A DNA stretch of 64,000 bases from an uncultured Chloroflexia bacterium (GTDB lineage: Bacteria > Chloroflexota > Limnocylindria > Limnocylindrales > CSP1-4): the NCBI GenBank assembly GCA_963714835.1, contig CAVQPX010000007.1:83426-147425 (forward strand). Reading direction: 5' to 3'. The notes beneath the pieces are model-generated. The model saw only the letters and a program-made list of their open reading frames with translations. It did not search any database and had not been told where the DNA came from. The position numbers were made by a program, and so were the translations under genes. Of this stretch, positions 48,770 to 59,026 are shown piece by piece; the stretch's first letter is position 1; each line of letters starts with the position of its first letter.

Positions 48770-48882
48770 AGTCCCGAGTGGGCCGAGCGGCCGCCTTCGG
48801 TCACCCTTGGAGCTCGCCGAGTTCCGAACGGTGACCAGGCGGCGGACCGGGCGATACGCTGCCTCCGGTCGCCCATGGGCGC

Positions 48883-49620
48883 TCACTCGCCCAGTCGCTC
48901 GCGGGCCTCGTCGAGCGTTCGCAGGTGAAGGCCCATGAGGACGACGCCGGCGAATCCGAGATCCCTGGCGGCCGACCGGACGGACCCGGCCAGCTCCCAG
49001 CCCTCGAGGCGCGTCCGCCCGACGGCCTCGGGCGCCGGGACGCCGAGGCCCTCCATCCGGGTGGCCCACGCCGTGCTGAATGGCGGGATCAGGGCGAGGT
49101 AGAGCGGGACCTCGACTTCGCCGAGCGCGTCGCGCAGCCGGCGAGCACCGGCGGCGTCCATGACCGGCCCGCTGACGAGGAACTGGGCACCTGCGGCGAG
49201 ACGTCGCGACGCTCCGACCGCGCCCTGTGCCGTCATCCCGACCTCGATCGGGGCCGGAGACTGGAGATCGATGAGGTAGCGGGTGACCTCCGACGCCCGC
49301 GCCGCCGCCGGATATCCCTCGACCTCGTCGCCCTGGACGACCAGGAAACTGGTCACGCCGTTCCCGACCGCGCCGCGCACCTCGCTCTCGATCGCCTGCC
49401 GATTACGGTCGCGCGTGCTCACGACGACGGTCGGTCGCACGGCGGGAGAGTCGTGGGTGATCCGCGCGGAGAACGCGTAGGGACTCACACGCACAGCACG
49501 GAACGGGTTGTCCGTGACGAGGACGTGGCCCCAATGGATCGCCAGGTGGCTGCCGTCCGCGTACTCGGGCGGGGTGACCTCGGCGATGGTGACGAAGGCG
49601 TCCGGTCGCGAGAGGCGCAT
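48883..49620 (-). CDS. Methylenetetrahydrofolate reductase-like (MTHFR/MetF family) protein
   Basis: The 245-aa pattern VTIAEVTPP...VLVTDNP...STRDRN...FLVVQGDEV...IEVGMTA...AGAQFLVSGPVMD...PLYLALIPP follows the MetF TIM-barrel strand order. It is shorter than canonical MetF. Confidence 0.5.
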   Translation of the reverse strand: MRLSRPDAFVTIAEVTPPEYADGSHLAIHWGHVLVTDNPFRAVRVSPYAFSARITHDSPAVRPTVVVSTRDRNRQAIESEVRGAVGNGVTSFLVVQGDEVEGYPAAARASEVTRYLIDLQSPAPIEVGMTAQGAVGASRRLAAGAQFLVSGPVMDAAGARRLRDALGEVEVPLYLALIPPFSTAWATRMEGLGVPAPEAVGRTRLEGWELAGSVRSAARDLGFAGVVLMGLHLRTLDEARERLGE

Positions 49621-49681
49621 CAGGCCGGCCGCGGGCTGCCGGAAGCTCGGTCGCTCCGCCCGCTACCCGGCCCTGGGTGCC

Positions 49682-50992
<1,311 letters not shown>

Positions 50993-51036
50993 CGTGCTTC
51001 GTGTCCTACCTCTCCGCTCGGGCGAGCCCCGGTCGG

Positions 51037-51711
51037 TCAGTCCTTCGCCTTCTTCGTCCGCGGGCCTTCCGCGGCGCCCGTTGCGCCTGCTTCTGTCTCC
51101 CCCGCGTCGTGCGCCTGCGCGATCAGCGAGTCCCCCGAGACTGAATAGACCGCGTCGATGATGCCATAGTCCTTTGCCTGTTCGGGCGACATGAAATGGT
51201 CCCGGTTCGTGTCGGTCTCGATCTGCTCGAGCTTCTTGCCCGTGTGACGAGCCAGGATCTCGTTGTTCATCCGGACCAGCTGCTCCCACTCGCGCATCTG
51301 GATGACCGCGTCGGGGGCGTTGCCGCGGAACCCGCCCGAGCCCTGGTGGATCATGATCCTGCTATGCGGCAGGGCATAGCGCTTGCCCTTCGTTCCTGCG
51401 CTCAGCAGGACCGCCGCCATCGAGGCGGCCATGCCGATGCAGATCGTGCTGACGGGTGCGCGCAGGTACTGCATGGTGTCGTAGATGGCGAGGCCGGAGT
51501 TGACCACGCCGCCGGGCGAGTTGATGTACAGGAAGATGTCCTTCTCCGGATCCTCCGACTCGAGGAACAGGAGTTGGGCGATGATCAGGTTGGCCGTGTG
51601 GTCCTCGATCGCGTCGCCGAGGAAGATGATCCGGTCCCGCAGCAGCCGCGAGTAGATGTCGTAGGCGCGTTCACCGCGGCTTGAGGTCTCGATGACCATC
51701 GGGACGAGCAT
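51037..51711 (-). CDS. clpP: ATP-dependent Clp protease proteolytic subunit ClpP
   Basis: [24 protein letters not shown]..., catalytic Ser in GMAASMAA and His in [12 protein letters not shown] 51711 follows GGAGGAGGA. The alternative GTG 51753 forms a GTGA overlap with the tig stop. About 35 aa of extra acidic/basic C-terminal tail are present. Confidence 0.9.
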   Translation of the reverse strand: MLVPMVIETSSRGERAYDIYSRLLRDRIIFLGDAIEDHTANLIIAQLLFLESEDPEKDIFLYINSPGGVVNSGLAIYDTMQYLRAPVSTICIGMAASMAAVLLSAGTKGKRYALPHSRIMIHQGSGGFRGNAPDAVIQMREWEQLVRMNNEILARHTGKKLEQIETDTNRDHFMSPEQAKDYGIIDAVYSVSGDSLIAQAHDAGETEAGATGAAEGPRTKKAKD

Positions 51712-51749
51712 GGTTGGTCTTCCTCCTCCATTGGACGCGAGATCGTCGG

Positions 51750-53261
51750 TCACCCGGCAGGTTCAGCCTGTGCGTGGTCGTGATCGGTGGCGTGGTCGTG
51801 ATCGGCATGTTCCTGGTCGCCGTGGTCGTGGCCCGCATGGTCGGCTCCGCCGCCGGTCTCATCGTCGTAGATGGCGCTCGGGTCGGTGGCTCCGATCGCG
51901 GCATTCGATTCCGCGCTCCCTTCGATACCGCTGCCGTGCTGATCCTCGAGGTGCGGCAGCGCCGGGTGTTCGGGATGGGCCCGCAGCCACTCTTCGATCA
52001 GGGACTCGATCAACCGGGTCCGGCGAAGCGAGCTCCGGATGAAGTTGCGGCCACGCTCGGATTCGAAGTACTCGAGCAGCTTCTTCTGGCCGTCGTACCG
52101 CTCGCGGCCGCGGGCGACCTCGCCCTCCACGTCGGCCTCGGGGACCACGATGCCCTCGATCTCGGCGATCTTGCCGAGGACGAGCAGGACCTTGACGCGA
52201 TGCTCGGCGCCCGGTCGGAACTCGCCGTGCAGGTCGTCCTCGGTCTTCTCGACGACCTTGAGATACGCCTCCTCGGCGATCCCCTGTCGGGCAAGAGAGG
52301 CACGGAACTCGTCGTGCATCACCTCGACCTCCTGGTCGACGAGGATGTCGGGCAGGTCGAGCGTCGCGTTGGCGACCGCGTACTCGATGATCTTGTCCGA
52401 GAATTCGTGACGGGCCTTGTCGAGCGCGTTGCCCTCCAGGCGCGTCTTGACCTCGGCACGGAGCGCCGCCAGGTCCTCGAACGCGCCCATCGACTGCGCG
52501 AAGTCGTCGTCGACCGGCGGCAGGACCTTCTCGCGCAGCTCCTTCAGGGTCACGGCGAAGTGGGCGGCCTTGCCGGCGAGCGTCGCCTCGCCATAGTCCT
52601 CGGGGAAGGTGATGTCGAACTCGGTCGCGTCGCCCACCTTGAGGCCCACGACGTTGGCCTCGAAACCGGGGATGAGCCGCTCCTCGCCGATGATGATCGG
52701 CATCCGCTCCGAGGTCCCGCCTTCGAACGGCGTCCCATCCTGCGTCCCGACGAAGCCGATGACCGCGTAGTCGCCGTTGGCTGCGCCGCGATCCTCGACC
52801 GGTGAGAGCGTCGCGTTCTGATCGCGCAGCTCATCGATCACCTTGTCGACCTTGGCGTCGTCGATCGCCTCGATCTCCGGGCTGAACGGGAAGCCACGGT
52901 AGTCCCCGACCACGACCTCGGGCCGGACCTGGACCGTTGCCTTGAAGATGAGCGGCTTGCCCTCCTCGGCCTGGACGATCTCCACGTCGGCATTCGTCAA
53001 CGGCAGGATCCCCTGTTCGATGAGCGCCTCGCGGTAGGCGTCCTGCACGAGATGGTCGACCGCGTCGTCGACGACGGCAGTCGGTCCGAGCGTGCGCTCC
53101 AGCACGTTGCGCGGCGCCTTTCCGGGACGGAAGCCGGGGATCCTCGTCCGCTTGGCGAGGTGGACCACGGCGTGGTCGATCGCGCGGGTGAGGCGCTCGG
53201 GGGGAAGCTCGACTTCAAGCAGAAGTGAGCTCTTGGGGGCAGGGGTGGTGGTGACAGTCAT
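51750..53261 (-). CDS. tig: Trigger factor, with a His/Asp-rich C-terminal tail
   Basis: The N-terminal ribosome-binding motif [10 protein letters not shown], the PPIase-like middle and the C-terminal arm are all present. The last ~45 aa read ...[34 protein letters not shown]. Confidence 0.9.
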   Translation of the reverse strand: MTVTTTPAPKSSLLLEVELPPERLTRAIDHAVVHLAKRTRIPGFRPGKAPRNVLERTLGPTAVVDDAVDHLVQDAYREALIEQGILPLTNADVEIVQAEEGKPLIFKATVQVRPEVVVGDYRGFPFSPEIEAIDDAKVDKVIDELRDQNATLSPVEDRGAANGDYAVIGFVGTQDGTPFEGGTSERMPIIIGEERLIPGFEANVVGLKVGDATEFDITFPEDYGEATLAGKAAHFAVTLKELREKVLPPVDDDFAQSMGAFEDLAALRAEVKTRLEGNALDKARHEFSDKIIEYAVANATLDLPDILVDQEVEVMHDEFRASLARQGIAEEAYLKVVEKTEDDLHGEFRPGAEHRVKVLLVLGKIAEIEGIVVPEADVEGEVARGRERYDGQKKLLEYFESERGRNFIRSSLRRTRLIESLIEEWLRAHPEHPALPHLEDQHGSGIEGSAESNAAIGATDPSAIYDDETGGGADHAGHDHGDQEHADHDHATDHDHAQAEPAG

Positions 53262-53337
53262 CGTCGCGAAGTATAGGGCGGACCGGGCCGACGCCGGCTC
53301 AGCTCGCGGCGCCCCGGTTCGGTGCCTCGCCGATCCA

Positions 53338-53427
53338 TGGTGGGCAAGAAGGGACTCGAACCCTTACGCCGCTTTCGCGGCACCGGCTCCTAAGGCCGGC
53401 GCGTCTGCCATTTCGCCACTCGCCCGC
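53338..53427 (-). tRNA. tRNA-Leu (anticodon UAG)
   Basis: The minus-strand 90-nt sequence GCGGGCGAGUGGCGAAAUGGCAGACGCGCCGGCCUUAGGAGCCGGUGCCGCGAAAGCGGCGUAAGGGUUCGAGUCCCUUCUUGCCCACCA folds as a class II tRNA. The anticodon loop is CUUAGGA, the long variable arm is GCCGCGAAAGCGGC, the T-loop is GGUUCGAGUCC, and CCA is encoded. Confidence 0.9.
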
Positions 53428-53479
53428 AGCCTAGCGTAGCGCGGCTCGCGAGGGCCCGACGTGTCGCCGCCAGCGGCTG

Positions 53480-54025
53480 TCAGGCGTCCCCGGCCCCGTC
53501 GCCGCCGCGACGCGCGCGTGCCTTGGCGAGGGCGTCGGCAAAACCGGCCCCGTCCGGATCGAACAGCCGCTCGGCAAGCTCGCGGCCGGCGCGCGCGGAT
53601 GCTGGCTTCAACAGGTTGCCGAGCACCGTTGCGGCGGTGCCGCCCAGGTCACGATCCCGTCGCGCATCCGCATTCTGCGAGAGGTAGCGTGCGAATTCCC
53701 GCTCGATCGTCCCACGGACGCGCTCGCCATCGGGTCCCAGCTTGCGCAGGATGGCTTCGACTTCGTTCGGGAGCATCGACTTGGGCAGCTCCGCGTCCGG
53801 ACCGCGGAAGACACGCTTCACCTTGCGCAGGACGCGCCCAGGTCCACCGAGGACGAGGAACGCGGCCCCTGCGGCCACGCCCGCGGTCTGCGCCGGGGCG
53901 CGGCGCATCCGCGCCGGGATATCGACCGCGGCCCGGCCCGACGCCTCGAGCCGCACGAGCTCTTCGGCGAGCTCCGCGCGGCGGGCTAGGACTTCGGCCC
54001 GAGCGGCGTCTGTGCGCGCACCCAC
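53480..54025 (-). CDS. DUF3618-like protein (hypothetical, coiled-coil N-terminus plus one TM)
   Basis: GTG 54025 is preceded by AAGGAG (8-nt spacer). ...AARAEVLARRAELAEELVRLEASGRAAVD... is followed by the hydrophobic AGVAAGAAFLVLGGP. The first 40 nt overlap the end of the upstream holin-X-like gene. Confidence 0.6.
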   Translation of the reverse strand: MGARTDAARAEVLARRAELAEELVRLEASGRAAVDIPARMRRAPAQTAGVAAGAAFLVLGGPGRVLRKVKRVFRGPDAELPKSMLPNEVEAILRKLGPDGERVRGTIEREFARYLSQNADARRDRDLGGTAATVLGNLLKPASARAGRELAERLFDPDGAGFADALAKARARRGGDGAGDA

Positions 54026-54600
54026 TCGATGGTCTCCTTCGTGGTGTCGATCGTCCCGCTCGGCCAGAAGCGGGCTTTGAGGGCATCCGTGTCGATCCCG
54101 CTGCGTGCGACGGTGACCCCCGCGAAGATCGGCCAGACGATCAGGGCAAGGACCGTCCCGAGCGCCGCGGCCACGCGTTGTTCGAGTCCGAGAGCCCCCA
54201 GGCCGAGCGCGGCCGCGACGCCGACCACGATCGCGATGAGCAGTGCCAGACCGAGGCGCGACCCCGGGACGCCCAGGGCGACCAGCACGGCATTCAGTGC
54301 CACCGCGAGCAACAGCAGGGTGCCGTGGAGCACGCCCCACCCGATGGATCCGAACAGCCAATCGCCGAGGAACAGCAGCAGTCCGATCGGGAGCAGGAAC
54401 CCCAGCACGAACAGGGCGCCGAACGCGAGCCCCGCAAGGAGGGCGACGGACTTGACCTCGCCCATGATCTCGCCGACCTCGGTCCTGGCCAGCTCGACGT
54501 GGGACGCGACAAGGCGCATCCCGGCGGATCGTGTCGCTCCGATCTGCGCACGGATGCCGGGTGGCTGTTGAGGCGGCGATTCGGTCGTGGGCTCGTTCAG
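53986..54600 (-). CDS. Actinobacterial holin-X-like (phage holin family 3_6) membrane protein
   Basis: ...IRAQIGATRSAGMRLVASHVELARTEVGEIMGEVKSVALLAGLAFGALFVLGFLL... is followed by 3-4 TM helices. The track start is ATG 54519, but family homology extends upstream. The best candidate start is CTG 54600 with GGAG at 8-nt spacing. Confidence 0.6.
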   Translation of the reverse strand: MNEPTTESPPQQPPGIRAQIGATRSAGMRLVASHVELARTEVGEIMGEVKSVALLAGLAFGALFVLGFLLPIGLLLFLGDWLFGSIGWGVLHGTLLLLAVALNAVLVALGVPGSRLGLALLIAIVVGVAAALGLGALGLEQRVAAALGTVLALIVWPIFAGVTVARSGIDTDALKARFWPSGTIDTTKETIEWVRAQTPLGPKS

Positions 54601-54660
54601 GGCAGTGACTCCGGGGCGGCCGTCGGGTCGTGACGGGTGTCCCGATGATACCAGCGGGCC

Positions 54661-55323
54661 TCAGGCCGCCCCGCTGAACCCGTGCAGGCCGAGATGGTCG
54701 GCCGTGTCGAAGAAGCCGTACGTGCGCCGAAACGCCGGGTCCGAGGACGCCACGGGCCCGCGCCGAACGACGCGCCACAGGAGGGTCTCCAGCTCCGCGA
54801 TCCGATCGGCAAGCTCGGCCGGCCCGCGCGGCGTCGGGATGTCGGCGTAGGTCCGCCAGCCGGTCGGGAACCGGACGGCTGGCCCGGGCATGCGCGGGAG
54901 CGCAGCGAGGACGACCCTCGTGTGTCCGAGAGCCGCCAGCTGCCAGGACCGGCCGGGTTCGATCCTGAAGGTGACGCCGGGACCGGCACTGCCCAGCGAA
55001 AGCCGGGATCTCGCCTCCGCGATCGCTTCCTCCGTCACCGCACGACGCTCGGCGTCGGACCGAGGCGGGTCCACCCGGAAGCCCGCGACCTGCAGCAACA
55101 GGTAACGAAGCTCGTCGATCCCGACCAGGTCGGTCCGCAACGCCCCCTGGAACCCCGCCTGCACGTCCTCGAGGTGCGGCAGCGTGGTCTCCGCGAGGTA
55201 GTCCGCCCCGACGTCGGGCAGGGACTGCCGGGCCGCCACGACATCGAGGAGCTCGCGTGTTCGCCGGATCAACACGAGCAGTCGATCCATGTCCGAGAAG
55301 CCGCTGCGTTCGAGATCTGCCAT
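54661..55323 (-). CDS. Hypothetical protein
   Basis: ATG 55323 gives MADLERSGFSDMDRLLVLIRRTRELLDVV..., 220 aa, with protein-like composition and no family I recognise. It forms the C-terminal part of a 655-aa track ORF whose remainder is antisense to cinA. Confidence 0.5.
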   Translation of the reverse strand: MADLERSGFSDMDRLLVLIRRTRELLDVVAARQSLPDVGADYLAETTLPHLEDVQAGFQGALRTDLVGIDELRYLLLQVAGFRVDPPRSDAERRAVTEEAIAEARSRLSLGSAGPGVTFRIEPGRSWQLAALGHTRVVLAALPRMPGPAVRFPTGWRTYADIPTPRGPAELADRIAELETLLWRVVRRGPVASSDPAFRRTYGFFDTADHLGLHGFSGAA

Positions 55324-55471
55324 CGGCGTGCTCACCGCGACGTCGTTGCCCGTCCGTCGACCGGGCCTTCGGCCACTGTGCCCATCGTGACGCACCGTGA
55401 CCAGCGGGCGATGGTCGGCCCGGTCCGGCTCCGATGGTACCGGCTGCCTGCGCCTCGGGTACGCTCGTCGG

Positions 55472-56749
55472 ATGACCGCGACCCGCCGCCCGGCGACCGC
55501 CGAGGTGCTCAGCGTCGGCAGTGAGCTGCTCGTCGGCGAGACACGCGATACGAACAGCGGCGAGATCGCGACCGCGCTGTCCGATCGGGGCGCGCGCGTC
55601 ATGCGGATCCAGGCGCTCCCCGACGACCTCGCCGCCGTCCGGACGGCCCTGGCCGACGCGCTCGAGCGCGTCGATCTCGTGATCACGACGGGCGGCCTGG
55701 GCCCGACCCCCGACGACCTCACGCGTGAGGCGATCGGCGAGGTCTGCCACGAACAACCCGTCGTGGATCCCGCGATCGAAGCGTGGCTACGCGAGCGCTG
55801 GCGGCGTCGGCGATCGCCCTTCCCGGATTCGAATCTCAAGCAGGCGTGGCTGATCCCCTCCGCTGTCACGATCCCGAACGACCACGGGTCGGCGCCGGGA
55901 TGGTGGGTCGCCCGGCCGGACGGACGGATCATCGTCGCGCTGCCGGGACCGCCACGCGAGATGCGCCCGATGTGGACCGAGTGGGTGATACCGCGACTGG
56001 CGGAAGCCGGCCTGGCGCGGCCCCGGCCGGTGGTGACGCTGCGCCTCGCCGGGATCGGCGAATCCGAGGTCGTGGACCGGCTCGGGGAGCCGCTGCTCCG
56101 GGCGAGGAACCCGATCGTCGCGACGTACGCGCGAGCCGACGCGGTGGATGTGCGGATCTCGGCGAGGGACGAAGCGGAGGACGGCGTCGGATCCACGGGC
56201 AGCGCCGGATCCACGGGCCAGGGCACACGTGCGGCCGACGCGCTCGTCGCAGAGGCCGAGGCGCTCGTGCTCCAGGCCGTCGGCGGACACGTCTGGGCGC
56301 GCGGACACACGACCTGGCACGAGGTCGTCGGCGCCGAACTCGAACGTCGGGGATGGACGATGGCGGTGCGCGAGATCGCCACCGGCGGAGCGGTCACCGC
56401 ATTGCTCGGGGACGTCCCGGGGCTGATCCGCGCCGAGTCGCTGGCGTCGGCCGACGGGGCACCGGGCGGCGGGCCGGCGTTGCAGCGCGGGGCGCGGGCG
56501 GCCTCGCGGCGGGCGATCGGCTTCGCGGCGCAGGACCTGCGGTCCTGGTCCGGCGCGGACGTCGGCCTGGTCGTCATGGCCACCGAACCGGAGCGCGGGG
56601 ATGTATCGGTGAGCATCGGTCTCGCCACACCGGATGGCGTCGCGACCGATCGTCAGCTCGGGTTCCTGGGCGGCCGCGCGGGGCGCTCCCGCGCAGCGCT
56701 CGCCGCCGCGTGGGTGGTCGTCCGCACGCTGCGCAACGCCGGGAGCTGA
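55472..56749 (+). CDS. cinA: CinA-family protein (MoCF-binding domain plus PncC-like NMN deamidase domain)
   Basis: ATG 55472 gives AEVLSVGSELLVGETRDTNSGEIA...DLVITTGGLGPTPDDLTREA...LPGPPREM. The C-terminal half resembles the CinA/PncC domain. Confidence 0.85.
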   Translation: MTATRRPATAEVLSVGSELLVGETRDTNSGEIATALSDRGARVMRIQALPDDLAAVRTALADALERVDLVITTGGLGPTPDDLTREAIGEVCHEQPVVDPAIEAWLRERWRRRRSPFPDSNLKQAWLIPSAVTIPNDHGSAPGWWVARPDGRIIVALPGPPREMRPMWTEWVIPRLAEAGLARPRPVVTLRLAGIGESEVVDRLGEPLLRARNPIVATYARADAVDVRISARDEAEDGVGSTGSAGSTGQGTRAADALVAEAEALVLQAVGGHVWARGHTTWHEVVGAELERRGWTMAVREIATGGAVTALLGDVPGLIRAESLASADGAPGGGPALQRGARAASRRAIGFAAQDLRSWSGADVGLVVMATEPERGDVSVSIGLATPDGVATDRQLGFLGGRAGRSRAALAAAWVVVRTLRNAGS

Positions 56750-56799
56750 AAGACCCTGCCGGAGCTGAAAGACACCGCGGCCGGGCGCCCGCTCAACGC

Positions 56800-57507
56800 T
56801 CAGTGCCGATGCGCGAAGGTCACCAGTCGGGGGAGATCGGTCACGACGAGGGCGTCCCGGTCGACGCGGACCATCCCGGCATCCTCGAACTCGCCGAGGA
56901 GCTTGTTGACGCTCTGGCGCGTGCAGCCGACCATCGCGGCAAGATCGCTCTGGGTGAGCGGCAGGTCCAGCCTGAAGGAGCCGTCACCCAACAGCGTACC
57001 CGCCTGTCCGGCCAGGTCCGCCAGGCGGGCGGCCAGTCGGCCGGCGATGTCGAGGAAGTGGAGCTCCTCGAGTCGGGTCGTGAGTCGACGCAGCTCCGTG
57101 GCGATGCCCACGAGGAGCGCGTCGCGGATGGACGCCTCGCCGAGCAGCTTGCGGAACTGCTCGCGCCCGAGCACGAGGATCCGGACTGCGCCCATCGCCA
57201 CGGCCGTCGCCGATCTCGCCGAACCATCGAGCAGCGAGAGTTCGCCGAAGAACTCACCAGCCTGCATCGTCGCGAGGATCGCCTCCTCACCACTCTCCGA
57301 TGGCAGCACGATCTTGACCACCCCGAATTCGACGATGAACATCGCGTTGCCCGGGTCTCCGAGGTGGAAGATCACCTCGCCGCGTCGGAAGCGCCGCTGG
57401 ACGAGGCCCTGGGCCACCTCGGCGAGCGCCGTGGTCGTCAGGCCCGCGAACAGCGGGACCGTGGACAAGGTCTCGACGCGCGACCGTCCGTCGGGCATGC
57501 GTCGCAT
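56800..57507 (-). CDS. Crp/Fnr-family transcriptional regulator
   Basis: cNMP-binding fold (VPLFAGL...GEVIFHLGDPGNAMFIV..G.V......GEFFGELSLLDG..RSATAVA) and a C-terminal HTH (QSDLAAMVGCTRQSVNKLLGEFE). Confidence 0.85.
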   Translation of the reverse strand: MRRMPDGRSRVETLSTVPLFAGLTTTALAEVAQGLVQRRFRRGEVIFHLGDPGNAMFIVEFGVVKIVLPSESGEEAILATMQAGEFFGELSLLDGSARSATAVAMGAVRILVLGREQFRKLLGEASIRDALLVGIATELRRLTTRLEELHFLDIAGRLAARLADLAGQAGTLLGDGSFRLDLPLTQSDLAAMVGCTRQSVNKLLGEFEDAGMVRVDRDALVVTDLPRLVTFAHRH

Positions 57508-57583
57508 CGTAGGCGACGAGCTGGGTTGTGGATAGTGGAATCTGTGCGGCGACGCGCCGGGACCCGAACCGGGGGGAACGGCC

Positions 57584-58663
57584 TCAGGCGATCGTGAGCA
57601 CCGGCTGGCCCGCCGACTCCGCGGCGCGGACGCTCATCTTGGCGGCGACGCTCTGGGCGATCGCGGTCATCGCAGCGGCGGCGGGCCCCGGCTCGCGCTG
57701 GGCCACCGCGGGGACGCCGACGTCGCCGCCCTGGCGGACCGTGATGTCGAGGGGGATCCCGCCCAGGTAGTCGAGGCCGTGCTCGGCGGCGAACCGTTCG
57801 CCCCCTCCACGGCCGAAGATCTCGGTCGCATCGCCGCAATGCGGGCAGATGAACGCGGTCATATTCTCGACGACGCCGATGACCGGGACGCTCAGGCGCT
57901 TGAACATCGCGAGCGCCTTCCCGACATCGGACAACGACACTTCCTGGGGCGTCGTCACGAGGACCGATCCGCTGATCGGGACTGCCTGCGCGAGCGTGAG
58001 TTGCGCGTCCGACGTTCCGGGCGGCAGATCGATCACGAGATAGTCGAGATCGCCCCACTCGACATCCCGCAGGAACTGCTGGATCGCGCCCCCGACGAGC
58101 GGGCCGCGCCACACGATCGGCTGCCCCTCGGGCACGAAGAACTGGATGGAGATGCACTTCACCCCGTGGCGCTCGAGCGGCAGGATCTTGTTGTTCTCGC
58201 TCGCCTTGGGCTGACCTTCGAGGCCGAGCATCATCGGGATGTTCGGGCCCGTGATATCGGCATCCAGGAGACCGACGGAAGCACCCGACTGTGCAAGGGC
58301 CACCGCCAGGTTGGCACTGACCGTGCTCTTCCCGACGCCACCCTTGCCGGATGCCACGGCGATGATGTTCTTGACCCCCGGGACGAGTTGCTGCGGCTGG
58401 GCCGGGGCCGAGCGGCGGACCATCGCCCCCCAGGTGATGTCGATCGCCGTCGCACCGATCGGCTCGAGGGCGCCGCGAACGTTCGTCTCGATCTCGTCCT
58501 TGAGTGGACAGGCCGGCGTCGTGAGCTCGATCGTGAACGCGACACTCGTGCCGTCGATGCGCAGATCCTTGATCATGTTGCGGCTGATCAGGTCGCCACC
58601 GAGCTCGGGCTCCTCGACCGTTCGGAGCGCATCGTTGATCGCGGCTTCGGTGAGCGTCGTCAT
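57584..58663 (-). CDS. apbC: Mrp/ApbC/NBP35-family Fe-S cluster carrier ATPase
   Basis: ATG 58663. N-terminal DUF59-like domain (...VEEPELGGDLISRNMIKDL...), deviant Walker A VASGKGGVGKSTVSANLA, and the CPHCG cluster-ligand motif. Confidence 0.85.
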   Translation of the reverse strand: MTTLTEAAINDALRTVEEPELGGDLISRNMIKDLRIDGTSVAFTIELTTPACPLKDEIETNVRGALEPIGATAIDITWGAMVRRSAPAQPQQLVPGVKNIIAVASGKGGVGKSTVSANLAVALAQSGASVGLLDADITGPNIPMMLGLEGQPKASENNKILPLERHGVKCISIQFFVPEGQPIVWRGPLVGGAIQQFLRDVEWGDLDYLVIDLPPGTSDAQLTLAQAVPISGSVLVTTPQEVSLSDVGKALAMFKRLSVPVIGVVENMTAFICPHCGDATEIFGRGGGERFAAEHGLDYLGGIPLDITVRQGGDVGVPAVAQREPGPAAAAMTAIAQSVAAKMSVRAAESAGQPVLTIA

Positions 58664-58868
58664 CGTGGTATCGGTCCCTTCGCAGCGTGCCGTTCGATCG
58701 GCGCCGACCTTCTGGCGGCCAGAACGTCGATATCGTACCCGCGTCGATGGAAGCGCGCCGTCGGCAGGTGCCGACGCGCGAACCAACGTCGCGTTCTCCT
58801 GGCCGCAGGATCCGATCGCTCGGGCTGGTATCCGCTCGACACAACGAATCCCTCGATACACGTGGCTC

Positions 58869-58927
58869 ATTCGTACGAATCTCGTACCTCGACCCGGTTG
58901 ACACGTCTCGGTTCGCGGGCCTACCAT
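58869..58927 (+). promoter_or_regulatory. Candidate pot-operon promoter with an upstream 12-bp perfect palindrome
   Basis: ATTCGTACGAAT (58869-58880) is a perfect palindrome. TTGACA (58898-58903), 18-nt spacer, TACCAT (58922-58927). A ~100-nt leader precedes AGGAGG and the potA start. Confidence 0.35.
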
Positions 58928-59026
58928 CCGGCCACCGACAGCGCCCTGTCCGCGATTCGACGCGCGCTGTGGGCCGCGAGCCCCCACGAGGAGTTCCGGC
59001 GCCATCACGAAGGAGGCTCAGCCGTC

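Noticed and set aside
53338-55323. A possible prophage remnant or integrated element next to tRNA-Leu, prompted by the phage holin family protein.
   Set aside because: There is no integrase, no direct repeat of the tRNA 3' end and no other phage-like genes. The holin-X/DUF3618 pair is a conserved chromosomal membrane-protein pair in high-GC Gram-positives.
53480-56628. Very long minus-strand ORFs of 758 aa (53480..55756) and 655 aa (54661..56628).
   Set aside because: Only their 3'-terminal portions are protein-like: the DUF3618-like gene and the 220-aa hypothetical. The remainder overlaps other genes in other frames or runs antisense to cinA.
56742-56773. A direct repeat of GGAGCTGAAAGAC (two copies, 19-nt period) spanning the cinA stop codon.
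   Set aside because: It is a short, isolated duplication with no associated structure or ORF consequence. It is most simply a small slippage duplication at the gene end.
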